A DNA stretch of 64,000 nucleotides from an uncultured virus (IMG/VR IMGVR_UViG_3300025133_000074) (lineage: Duplodnaviria > Heunggongvirae > Uroviricota > Caudoviricetes). Below, one piece after another: positions 50,061 through 61,100 of the stretch (its first letter is position 1; the number at the start of each line of letters is the position of its first letter). Below the pieces are notes generated by a model. It was not told the DNA's origin and ran no database searches. It saw only the letters and a program-made list of their open reading frames with translations. A program made the translations under genes and the position numbers. Location of the stretch: the IMG/VR virus record IMGVR_UViG_3300025133_000074, one strand, 5' to 3'.

Positions 50061-50087
50061 GCCCTCCTACTATGGAGGGTTTTTTTT
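50061..50087 (+). terminator. intrinsic terminator after capsid gene
   Basis: GCCCTCC-TACTAT-GGAGGGT followed by T run. Confidence 0.85.
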
Positions 50088-50144
50088 GGTTATATGCGAG
50101 CTGTTAGATATTTATATTAAATAGTTAACAAAAGGAGTCACGAG

Positions 50145-50810
50145 ATGGCAAAAGCAAATACAGAAAAAACTCCACCAAAAGGCGCAGTTCGGTTTTCATT
50201 ATCATTATCTGCAGAACAAAAAACTGCAAAAACTCAAATTTTAGAACATCCGTTTAATTTTATAGTAGGTAAAGCTGGTTCCGGAAAAACATTATTAGCG
50301 GTACAAGTAGCTTTAGATCAATTTTTTAAACGTCAGTATAATAAAATAGTAATTACTAGACCAACAATTGCTACTGAAGACAATGGTTTCCTACCAGGTT
50401 CTGAAAAAGAAAAAATGGAGCCATGGCTCGTACCTATTCGATCAAATATGCGTAAAGTATATAATAAACCGGATAAATTAGAATCTATGGAAAAAAATGA
50501 ATCAATTGAATTATGTTCATTGGCACATTTTAGAGGCCGTACATTTGATAATGCTGTTGTAATTGTAGATGAATTTCAAAATTTAACTAGATCACAATTG
50601 GCAATGGCAATTGGTAGATTAGGTAAAGATTCGAAAATGATATTCTGTGGTGATTCGTACCAAATAGATCTTAAAGATAAAAATTATTCTGCATATCATG
50701 ACATGTCAAAATTAGTAAATTCAAAATATGTATTTAAAACTGTATTAGAAGATTCTCATAGACATGGCGCGATAGATGATTTACTAGAATTATTGAATGG
50801 ATATCATTAA
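50145..50810 (+). CDS. phoH: PhoH-like ATPase
   Basis: GKAGSGKT, GFLPG, FRGRTF, DEFQN, GDSYQID. Confidence 0.93.
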   Translation: MAKANTEKTPPKGAVRFSLSLSAEQKTAKTQILEHPFNFIVGKAGSGKTLLAVQVALDQFFKRQYNKIVITRPTIATEDNGFLPGSEKEKMEPWLVPIRSNMRKVYNKPDKLESMEKNESIELCSLAHFRGRTFDNAVVIVDEFQNLTRSQLAMAIGRLGKDSKMIFCGDSYQIDLKDKNYSAYHDMSKLVNSKYVFKTVLEDSHRHGAIDDLLELLNGYH

Positions 50811-50828
50811 CAAGCATATTTATATAAA

Positions 50829-51143
50829 ATGGCTACTAAAATAACATGGAACTTAGCAAACTTTAAATGGAACAATAATCCTCATACATGGGAAGAGGTA
50901 TTATTAGTAGAAGAAGTATTAAAGGCGGTTACCACCGGCAGTGATATTGAAAGAAGTTTAGATGCGTTAACACCTGATAAAAAGAAGCGATTTATAAAAT
51001 TAGTATGTAAAGTAAAAGGTATAGAAACATATTCCGGCCAAAAAACTATTAGAGATGATATTGAAGTGAAAGCTGAAGATATAGAACTAGTAATTAAAGA
51101 AGTGTTAGGAATAGATTTAACCGTGGAGAATATACATGTATAA
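50829..51143 (+). CDS. hypothetical protein
   Basis: 104 aa, late motif at 50816. Confidence 0.7.
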   Translation: MATKITWNLANFKWNNNPHTWEEVLLVEEVLKAVTTGSDIERSLDALTPDKKKRFIKLVCKVKGIETYSGQKTIRDDIEVKAEDIELVIKEVLGIDLTVENIHV

Positions 51144-51696
51144 ATTATTTACAGATAAAGCAGAATTATTTGAATGTGATATCAAAATAGAAGGCGCGAG
51201 CCTAACAAATTCTATTGCTAGAATCGTAGTAGAAACATCAGAGTATAGTTTGATGTTTAATGGTACTATTAATAAATCTGGTAAATGTGAAATACCTATC
51301 AGAAAATTAAAAGGATTGATTGATGAAAGTTCTAAAGGTAATATACGATTAGAAGTTATTGCTGAAGATACATATTTCACACCATGGAAATCAGAATTTG
51401 ATGTACAGGCTAGTAAACAGGTAACTGTTGAAGTTCGATCACAAAATCAACCAGTTATACAAGAAAATAAAGTTCAAGTAAGTAACATTAAACAACAGAT
51501 TACAGAACAAGAAATTGATCATGTTAAAAATATACTTAAATTGTTAGTACGTGAAAATATTAATATTAATAATTTAAATGTTAAAAAAGATAGATTAAAT
51601 AAAATAGTTGCAACATATACAAAATATAAACCATTAACAGAGACTAAACAACGAGACGTTATTAAAGGAGTTCTCAAAGGTTTATATAAAAAATAA
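51136..51696 (+). CDS. hypothetical protein
   Basis: 186 aa, GGAG SD. Confidence 0.7.
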   Translation: MYKLFTDKAELFECDIKIEGASLTNSIARIVVETSEYSLMFNGTINKSGKCEIPIRKLKGLIDESSKGNIRLEVIAEDTYFTPWKSEFDVQASKQVTVEVRSQNQPVIQENKVQVSNIKQQITEQEIDHVKNILKLLVRENININNLNVKKDRLNKIVATYTKYKPLTETKQRDVIKGVLKGLYKK

Positions 51697-51706
51697 GGTT
51701 ACGTAG

Positions 51707-53656
51707 ATGGCTCTTGACAATTTAACAGGCCAGAATATACAAGACACATACCAACGTGTAGTCCAAACGGAGAACGGTGCTTTTGCAGATGGTACTGGCT
51801 CGGCAATAAATATTATCACGTCCAATCAAACCGGATCTTTTGTTACAAATTTTGATACTGGTTCTTTTGTTACAAATTCTGATACTGGTTCTTTTGTTAT
51901 AACAAATAGCGACGTATTATTTTCTAACATAACAGCTTCTGCAAATATAAGTGCAAGCGGGACAGGGTCATTTAATCATTTAGAAATAGCTGCAAATGCC
52001 ACCATTAATGGTGTTTTATCAATACCTGGTCTGTCAGATGTATCTGCTTCTGTTGCCGCAGCACTGGCAGGTGGCGATGACCTAGGAAATCATACAGCAA
52101 CTCAAACTTTAAATTTAAATTCTAATAAAATAATAGGTGTTACTAGTATATCAGCATCCGGAGAAATTAGCGGATCTAATTTATCAGGTATTAACACCGG
52201 TGATCAAGATTTAAGCACTTATATACAAAATTCTCAAACTGCTTCATTTGTTACTAATTCTCAAACTGCTTCATTTGTTACTAATTCTCAAACAGCATCA
52301 TTTTTAGTACCTTCGGATACAGCATCATTTTTAGTGCCATCGGATACAGCATCATTTTTAGTTCCTTCGGATACTGCATCATTTTTAGTTCCTTCGGATA
52401 CAGCATCATTTTTAATACCAGCCGATACTGCATCATTTGCATTAACATCGAATGTGGTATCTAACTCTAGTACATCATCATTTGCAATATTAAATCAAAA
52501 TGCTACATTTGATAATATAACTGCATTGGGTGATATAATTGCAGAAAATTACATAGTATCATCATCAGTAACTTATATGACTCAGTCATTTAGTAGTGGT
52601 TCGACTATATTTGGTGATACTGTCACTGACGCTCATCAATTTAGTGGATCTGTATTTATTTCTGGTAGTAGTTTACAAATAAATGGATCTGATGTATTAA
52701 CAACATCGCCGTTTACATCGGCGGGAATATCCGGTTCATTTAATGGACAGACAGGTTCTTTTGTTACAACTTCCGAGACTAGCTCTATAGAATCAAATTT
52801 GCAATCAGGACTGACTGTGACATTAGGTTCAAATTTTGGTGGTATTACTAATGGAACGACATTTAATGCTGGATCTTCTATAGAAAGTATTCTTAGACAA
52901 ATGTTAGTACAATATCAAGTACCTACTTTGAATTCGTTTACAATAAGCGGATTAGCAAGTACATTGGAAGTTGGTGAAACAGATACAGCCACCGGTGGAA
53001 CATTTGCTACTAGTAGTGACAGTAACGGCGCACCATTTGCTTCATTAGCATTAACATCTGCCGGCATTACATTCAATAATTTAGCATTTTCTGGAACATC
53101 AATATCATTTGATAGTTTTACTTTAAGAAAAACAACTGCAGCTGCTACCACATTTTTCTTGAATGGTACTGATGAAGAAGGCACGTCGACTACGACGACA
53201 AACGATCGAACTGATAGCATAACATGGAAACATCCGATATTTTTTGGAGGATCATCAAATGACGGTACTGGTTTAAATGATCCAGTATTAGCAGATATAT
53301 TATCAGATATATCTGGTTCCGGTACTGGTACTGGATTAACAGATTCCGATTTTACAACTGATAGCCAAACATTGCTTAACACGACTAGTACAACTAATTT
53401 TCCTAACACATTAATACTTACTTTACCATCAAGTGTAGCAAATAGCAACAATTTCACATATATAGTATATCCAGCAACATATGGTACATTATCATCAGTA
53501 ATATTAAACGGTGTACAAATTGAAACTGGAACTTTTTCTTTGTTAGGTGAGGCTAGTCACTCTAGACATAGTAATGAAGTAAATTATAACGTTTATCAAA
53601 CAGCTGGTAAAAATGCATATTCAGCAGGTGATACATTAACATTGGATGATGCATAA
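51707..53656 (+). CDS. fibre-like structural protein with 9-aa repeats
   Basis: TASF repeats; SGSTIFGD..HQFSGS motif. Confidence 0.7.
   Translation: MALDNLTGQNIQDTYQRVVQTENGAFADGTGSAINIITSNQTGSFVTNFDTGSFVTNSDTGSFVITNSDVLFSNITASANISASGTGSFNHLEIAANATINGVLSIPGLSDVSASVAAALAGGDDLGNHTATQTLNLNSNKIIGVTSISASGEISGSNLSGINTGDQDLSTYIQNSQTASFVTNSQTASFVTNSQTASFLVPSDTASFLVPSDTASFLVPSDTASFLVPSDTASFLIPADTASFALTSNVVSNSSTSSFAILNQNATFDNITALGDIIAENYIVSSSVTYMTQSFSSGSTIFGDTVTDAHQFSGSVFISGSSLQINGSDVLTTSPFTSAGISGSFNGQTGSFVTTSETSSIESNLQSGLTVTLGSNFGGITNGTTFNAGSSIESILRQMLVQYQVPTLNSFTISGLASTLEVGETDTATGGTFATSSDSNGAPFASLALTSAGITFNNLAFSGTSISFDSFTLRKTTAAATTFFLNGTDEEGTSTTTTNDRTDSITWKHPIFFGGSSNDGTGLNDPVLADILSDISGSGTGTGLTDSDFTTDSQTLLNTTSTTNFPNTLILTLPSSVANSNNFTYIVYPATYGTLSSVILNGVQIETGTFSLLGEASHSRHSNEVNYNVYQTAGKNAYSAGDTLTLDDA
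52229..52444 (+). repeat. 8 x 27-bp coding tandem repeat
   Basis: Three NSQTASF units then five P(S/A)DTASF units. Confidence 0.9.
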
Positions 53657-54693
53657 TGCCAGTTAAGTTCGGTTCCATATTACATGTAAATAACTCCGGT
53701 TCGGAAGCATCTATGGATGCAAATAACCTGAGAGGTACTACATTACAAATAGATAGTTTTAACTCTGAAAGTTTAGCAAAAATTGGTACTGGATTATTAG
53801 CAGCTCCTGGTAAACGACGTTTAGGAACTATAGTTAGTACCACCGGTAGTTATGAATATTATTTATATTCTCAAACTGGATCAGGTGATGTATTATTAAG
53901 TGGGTCAGAATGGACTACATTATCCAATTGGAAACAGATTATAACTCAAATACCAGATACGTATATACGAAATTCTGATACTGCTTCATTTGTTACTAAT
54001 TCCGATACTGCATCATTTTTAGTTCCTTCGGATACTGCATCATTTGCTATAACGAGTAGTGATGTCAAATTTTCTAATATAACAGCCTCGGGTGATATAA
54101 GTGCAAGTGGTTTGTTATATATTAGTGCATCTGAAACTAGTGCTACCAATTATAAAATTTTAGTACAAAATTCAGCAGATGGAAGAATTTATACAACAGG
54201 AAGTGTTGCTGGCGGAGAAGGTATATCATCATTCACAAATATTGCATCAGATGTAACTCCGGATGGTGATGGTACTAGAGATTTAGGATCACCGACTGCT
54301 AAATGGGATGCATTATATGCGGTAGATACTTTCTTTGGTGGTATACATGAGATTAATTTAGAAACTACTGGTATAGGTCAACTACAAACAGGTACTGTAC
54401 TGGTCTCAAAAGCCGGTCAAATGGTACCATGTGACGCTCAAGCAGATGCATTAGTAATGGGAATAGTAACATCCGGATCTGATTATCCGGTAATAATGGG
54501 AGCGGAGCCTGTTTTAGTTGATGGACCTGTATATGAAGGTGATTATATTATAACTAGCAATCGATTAGGTTATGGAAAAGCGGTACCACCTGATCAAATA
54601 TTTGAACAACGTTTATTTGGTAAAATAATAGCACAATCATTAGAAACAAATATTAATGGCGGAGTTATTAAGGCAATGATAAGGAAAATGTAA
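53656..54693 (+). CDS. fibre-like protein, possible C-terminal chaperone-like domain
   Basis: TASF repeats; C-terminal VLVDGPVYEGDYIITS..GYGKA..IIAQSLE. Confidence 0.6.
   Translation: MPVKFGSILHVNNSGSEASMDANNLRGTTLQIDSFNSESLAKIGTGLLAAPGKRRLGTIVSTTGSYEYYLYSQTGSGDVLLSGSEWTTLSNWKQIITQIPDTYIRNSDTASFVTNSDTASFLVPSDTASFAITSSDVKFSNITASGDISASGLLYISASETSATNYKILVQNSADGRIYTTGSVAGGEGISSFTNIASDVTPDGDGTRDLGSPTAKWDALYAVDTFFGGIHEINLETTGIGQLQTGTVLVSKAGQMVPCDAQADALVMGIVTSGSDYPVIMGAEPVLVDGPVYEGDYIITSNRLGYGKAVPPDQIFEQRLFGKIIAQSLETNINGGVIKAMIRKM
53971..54051 (+). repeat. 3 x 27-bp repeat of the same family as 52229-52444
   Basis: aattctgatactgcttcatttgttact and variants. Confidence 0.85.
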
Positions 54694-55160
54694 TGGCTGG
54701 TGTACAGCAATTTAGTGGATCGTTTATACAATCTGGATCAACTGCTGTATTTGAATCTGGATTATCCGGAAGTTCTGTTAACGGTACATTAGTAGGTAAT
54801 GGATCACTGTTAAGTAATTTAAATTTTCAAACATCAGATATAACTTTATTTTTTGGTTCAGCTTCAGGAAATCCTCCTACATTTAATGAATGGATAACTG
54901 GATCTGGTGGCACTCATCAAATTCTATTGTCTGCATCTGCGTCAAATGGTAGCGTAAATCATTTTACATTTTTAAAATTAACAACTAATGGATGGAACGA
55001 AGTATCAGATTATACAGGAACTCAAAATGGTTTAGTCTCTACAAATACTGTTACAGAAACATTAGGTACTGGCGTTCATCAATATTTATTATTAGCAATG
55101 AGTACCGCATCAAAACAAACGTCAACGGTAGGTACTACAGTTATAATTAATCCGGAATAA
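54693..55160 (+). CDS. small structural protein paralogous to N-terminus of giant ORF
   Basis: Shared QSGSTA, NHF.F.KLT and GVH.Y motifs. Confidence 0.7.
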   Translation: MAGVQQFSGSFIQSGSTAVFESGLSGSSVNGTLVGNGSLLSNLNFQTSDITLFFGSASGNPPTFNEWITGSGGTHQILLSASASNGSVNHFTFLKLTTNGWNEVSDYTGTQNGLVSTNTVTETLGTGVHQYLLLAMSTASKQTSTVGTTVIINPE

Positions 55161-55165
55161 TGTAG

Positions 55166-58100
55166 ATGGCGGGAAAGCATATATTTTCGAGCAGTCAATG
55201 GGTGCAATCAGGGAGCACTGCTGAATTTAAAAATGGAATAAACGTTACTGGTACAGTTCAAGCTGATTCATTTATTGGAGATGGTTCGAATTTAACCGGT
55301 ATAGGAACTGCAGTATTTTTTGCCGGATCAGGTTCTGGTATTTCTGGTTCTCCTGCATCATCTGTTGATCATGTCACCGAATTAGATGCAGGTGCTGGTG
55401 CAACGGCATCCGCAGGATATTATCGTATAGAAACAACATCATCTGCAGATTTTAATCCAAATCATTTTGTTTTTGTTAAACTTACTAATCAATTTGAAAC
55501 ATTACAATCTGGTTCTGAAGATTTTTATGTAGGTGTTGATAGAACAGATCCTCCAGATTCGCAAGGAAATGCTCCATTTACAAACGACTTAGCACCTGGA
55601 GTACATCGTTATATAGTATATGCAACAGATACTGGTAGTGCTGGATCCACTCAAGCCGTATATACATCTGCATTTATAAAAGGGTACGTTAATGTGCCTC
55701 CACAAATAATTGCACCAGTACAATCCGATGCTGTACGACAAATTGCACATGATGCAAATAGTTTAAATTATGTTATGAACTTTACAGCATCAGAAGAACC
55801 AAATTTAGATCAAGGTGATTTTATTAGAATATTTTCTGCAAGTCGTTTAACAACCGATCCAACAGCAGTAGAAACAACTGTACCTAATTATGCATTGACA
55901 ATGACTCATCCAGATTCAAATATTCCGGATTCATCAATTTTGATTGCTACTGGTACATTTGATGAATCAGGAGATTATGCAGATCAACCCGGAGCCGGCG
56001 CGAATGCATCAGCTATACCAAATTCTCAATTATTCTTTTCTGCTAGTATTACAAATTATGATGTAACTTCTGGAACCAATGATCGTATAGTAAACATAAC
56101 TACTATGCAACCATGTGAAGAAAATTTTGAAATGACAATGTTTGATAACTGGTATATATTCCAATCATCATCTATAGAATATAGCATGTCAATTGTACCA
56201 CCAAATACTGCCAGTATCAATAATATTAGATTGGAATTCGAATCTGGGTCTTATACCGGGTATGCCACTCAATCGTATAGAACAACTGTGTTATATGATG
56301 ATGTGATAACACGTGACAATATTGATACGTTACCTAACCGTTATACTTCATCATTAGTACGAGTAGCAGTTATGGCAGATATAACAGAACCTGCAGATTA
56401 TGATCCAGATCCGCTACATTTCACAACAGTAAAAATATTTTCTGGAAGCGATGTCCATTTACGTCTTCAAAGCGATTCTGGCATACCTCGAAGACATTTC
56501 CAATTGTTCCGATTTAGTGGAAGTACTGCAACTGGTCTATTTCGTGCAACTGCATCTACATTTTTAGCACCTGGCGCAGATCTATTACTTTCTAACGTAG
56601 GAGGATATTCGCCAACTCATAGTTTAGGATTTACTGCATTTGCATTATCACCTCAAACATTTAATTACGGATTTTCTGGCCGTGCATCTGATTTAGCCAA
56701 TACAAATTATATAGCACATGGCGATTATCAACATTTTTCTGCACAAACTGGTTCAGTTGCATCACTTATAATTGATCCAGTACCAGATATTGAAATATCA
56801 AATATACGTGTAGAAGTAGAATCTGGATCATTTTTAACCGGTGAAGGAGCATTTGAAAGAACTGCCAGTGTATTATATGGATTCACATCATCATTACAAG
56901 TTACAGAAACATCAAGTTTAGAAGGGTATGAAAAATCTGCAGAATATATAAGTGAATCGGTTGTAAGATTACGATTATTAGCAACTGTAATAGAACCGTT
57001 TGGACCTCATCATACCAAAATGATATCAACATTAGAAACATCTGCTAGTAGTCATCCACATTCTCATGTATTTGAATTTCATACTGGATCTGGCGCTACT
57101 CATACTGCGTCATCTGAAATTGCATATGATAATCAAAATAGATTAGTTGGTCATTACACATCATCATGGATTAATTTCAATTTGAAACCTGGTGAGTATA
57201 CATTTAGCGCTTCATTTGATTCTGCTACAAACGCCGGCCGGACAATAACTCCAGGAACATATTCAGAAGTATCTGTGAGTAATACACCTGCAACACAGAT
57301 TACTAACATTGTATACGAAACAGAAACATATGGATATTCAGAAACAGGAAGTACTGATACAATACGTACAGTGTTATATGGAGTGCCTAGGCATACATTG
57401 GCAAATTCATCTTCATTTGAAAATCATGATTCTGCATCTGTATATGCATCTCATTCTATTTCCAGATTCCGCGTTTTAACAGATATTACAGAACCATTCG
57501 GACCACATCATACAGCATCGCGATTTGAAAAAGTTTGGACTGCACCTGGAGAGACATCATTAAATGATATAATTCATTTTAGTACTGCATCTACAGATAC
57601 AGCTTCATCTGCAATTGACTATGATTCTTCAAATCGTTTATTTGCGCGTTACACATCATCATGGATTGGTCGGCAGTTATCATCAAGTGATAATTCATCA
57701 TTGACATGGAAATATACTTCCGGAAGTATAACACATACACCGGATGATTTGAGCGGATTTACAACTGCCTCTGGACTATCAACTCAATTAGTTGTACATG
57801 ATACTGACCAAATTCAATTAACAAATAGAATTATAGAGTTTGAAGAACATGGATATAGTGCATCAAATGAAGATGGAAGTACTGGAGAAACTGAAACATC
57901 TCGTACTGTATTATACGGTGAAAATCATCAAATATCAGGAATTTCATCATCATTTGAAAATCATATCAAAGCAGATCAATATGCATCGCAGTCAGTATTA
58001 AGATATCGTGTTAAATTTAAAGTAACAGAACCGGTAGGGCCAGCAGTAGGAACCATACAAATTCCAATACAACGAGGAATCGTTCCAACTTATCCTATTA

Positions 58101-61100
58101 AAACTGCTACTACAGGATCATCAGACTTTCTTTTTATAAACTCAATATACGATTCTCAAAAAAGATTAGTAACAGATTATACATCATCATGGCAGTCTGG
58201 TAAAAATAACGAACTAGGAGAATCAAATCATGGCGGATCTGAAGATTTCATATATCAAATAAAAGATGCGAATGTAACATCTTCGTTAGAGTCTCAGTCT
58301 GAAAATGGAATAAATAAAGCGGCTCAACAAGAAGGTACTGTAACAGTTCATGATACTCCGGCAACACAAATAACAAATATAAGATATCAAACAGAAACGT
58401 TTGGTTATTCTAAAGAACCATCTACAAATACTACTAGAAAGGTATTATATGGTGTTGCTCATAAAACTAATGAAGATTCTTCAAGTTATGAAAATCATGA
58501 TTCTGCTTCATTATATGCATCGCAATCAGTAACACGATTCCGTGTATTAGCAACAATTACAGAACCAATAGGTCCTTTACATACAGCATCGCGATTTGAA
58601 AAAGCATGGACAGCAGGTAATGAATCACCAATAACTAAGGTAATACATTTTAGTACCGCATCTACAGATACGGCATCATCTGACATTGCATATAATACAT
58701 CAAATCAATTAGTTGTTCATTATACATCATCATGGTTAGGTGAAGAATTAGCATCAAACAACTTTAATACTGGTGAGACTTGGAAATATACTTCCGGTTC
58801 AATTTTACATGAACCTACGAATGAATTAGGATTCACAACCGCTAGTGGTGAATCCACTACTGTGACGGTGTTTGATACTCAGCCAACCATATTTTCAAAC
58901 TTTAAAACAGAAACTGAAACATTCGGTTATTCGGAAATTCCTATTCAAGAAATAAATCGTACGGTATTATATGGAAATACTACAACAGATATTGATTCAG
59001 CATCATACGAATCTCATGCAAATTCCGGAAGCTATGCTTCTCAATCTGTTGCAAGATTTCGAGTATTGGCAACCATAACTGAACCAGTAGGTCCTTTGCA
59101 GCATACTGCATCTGTTATCGAGAAAATGTTTAATAATGATGCTACTAAAACTGAAACAATATCATTTGGTACTGCATCAGCCGGGTTTGAAGCATCTCGA
59201 TCATTCTTCACAGAAGTTGGAGAATTTGTAACTGAATATACTTCATCTTGGATTGGAAAAGCGTTAGCACCTGATACCTGGAGCATATCAACTGGTTCAG
59301 TAACGCATGACCCTGCTGGAGAAAATTCTGCAAATTCAAGTTCATTTACTAGTACAACAATGATAGTTAATAATACAAGCCAAACAGCTATATCTGATAT
59401 TGTATACGAAACAGAAACATTTGGATATTCGGAAGTAGAAAGTGTAAATACTACTAGAAAGGTATTGTATGGAGTACCACATCATACAACTGCAGATACT
59501 AGTAGTTTGTCTTGGAAAAATTACGATTCTGCTTCATTATATGCATCGCAATCAGTATCGCGATTTAGAATAAGAGCTCGTATTATTGAACCGATAGGAC
59601 CTTTACATACAGCATCACGTTTTGAAAAAGTTTGGACTGCACCTGGAGAGACATCATTAAATGATACAATTCATTTTAGTACCGCATCTACAGATACAGC
59701 ATCTGCTACATTTACATATAATTCTTCAAATGAATTTGTATCATTATATACATCATCTTGGATAGGAGTACAATTATCATCATCAGACTTTAATTCTGGT
59801 AAACAATGGAAATATACTTCTGGATCAATTTTACATAAACCTACCGGAGAAACAGGATTTACAACAGCATCTGGTGATTCGACAACCGTAACAGTGTTTG
59901 ATACTCAACCAACCGTATTTTCAAACTTTAAAACAGAAACTGAAACGTTTGGTCATTCTAATATACCAATACAGATATCTGGAAGAACTGTATTATATGG
60001 AAATACTACCACAGATATCAATTCTGCATCATATGAATCTCATGCAAATTCTGGTTCATATGCATCGCATTCTGTTGCAAGAACACGAATGTTAATAACT
60101 ATTACAGAGCCAGTAGGTCCTTTGCAGCATACTGCATCTGTTATCGAGAAAATGTTTAATAATGAAGCCGAAAAAACTGAAACTATTAGCTTTGGTACTG
60201 CCTCCTCCGGGTTTGAAGCATCTCGATCATTCTTCACAGAAGTAGGAGAATTTGTAACTGAATATACTTCATCTTGGATCGGAAAAACATTAGCACCTGA
60301 TACCTGGAGCATATCAACTGGTTCGGTAGTACATGATCCGTACGGAGAAAATTCTGCAAATTCAAGTTCATTTACTGCTACGACTTTAACAGTGACAGAT
60401 ACTCTGCCTACACAAATTGATCATGTTGTTTATGAAACAGAAATAGTAGGTTATTCAGAAGAAGGTAGTACTGATGCAATGCGTACGGTGTTATATGGAG
60501 TACCTCATCATACATTACCAGATTCATCTTCATTTGAATATCATGATAAAGTAGATGAATATGCCCAGCAATCTGTAACAAGATTTAGAATACGTGCTCG
60601 TATTATTGAACCAGTTGGTCCTTTACATACAGCATCGCTATTTGAAAAAGTATGGACAAACAGTAGTGATAATCAAGCATTTAGTTCTTCAATACATTTT
60701 AGTTCTGCATCTACAGATACCGCATCTTCCGAGATTGCATATGATGATCTAGATAGATTAGTTGCACATTACACATCATCATGGATTGGTCAACAATTAT
60801 CTTCTAGTATTGGTTCTGCTAAAACTTGGACATATACTTCTGGAAGCATATTACATGAACCGACCGGGGAAAATAAATTTACAACCGCATCTGGAGATTC
60901 AACACAATTGGTAGTTAATGATACTACCAAAACTCAAATTGACCAAATTATTTATGAAACAGAAACGTGTGGATATTCGGAAGTAGATAGTAGAAATACA
61001 TTACGTACAGTATTATACGGCGATCGCCGTGTTACAAATAAAACTAGTCAAAGCTTATCTTGGGAAACTCATGATTCTGCTTCATTATATGCTTCACATT

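Noticed and set aside
52229..52444. Regular 27-bp array as a possible CRISPR
   Set aside because: No unique spacers; units are in-frame coding repeats; no cas genes in the window
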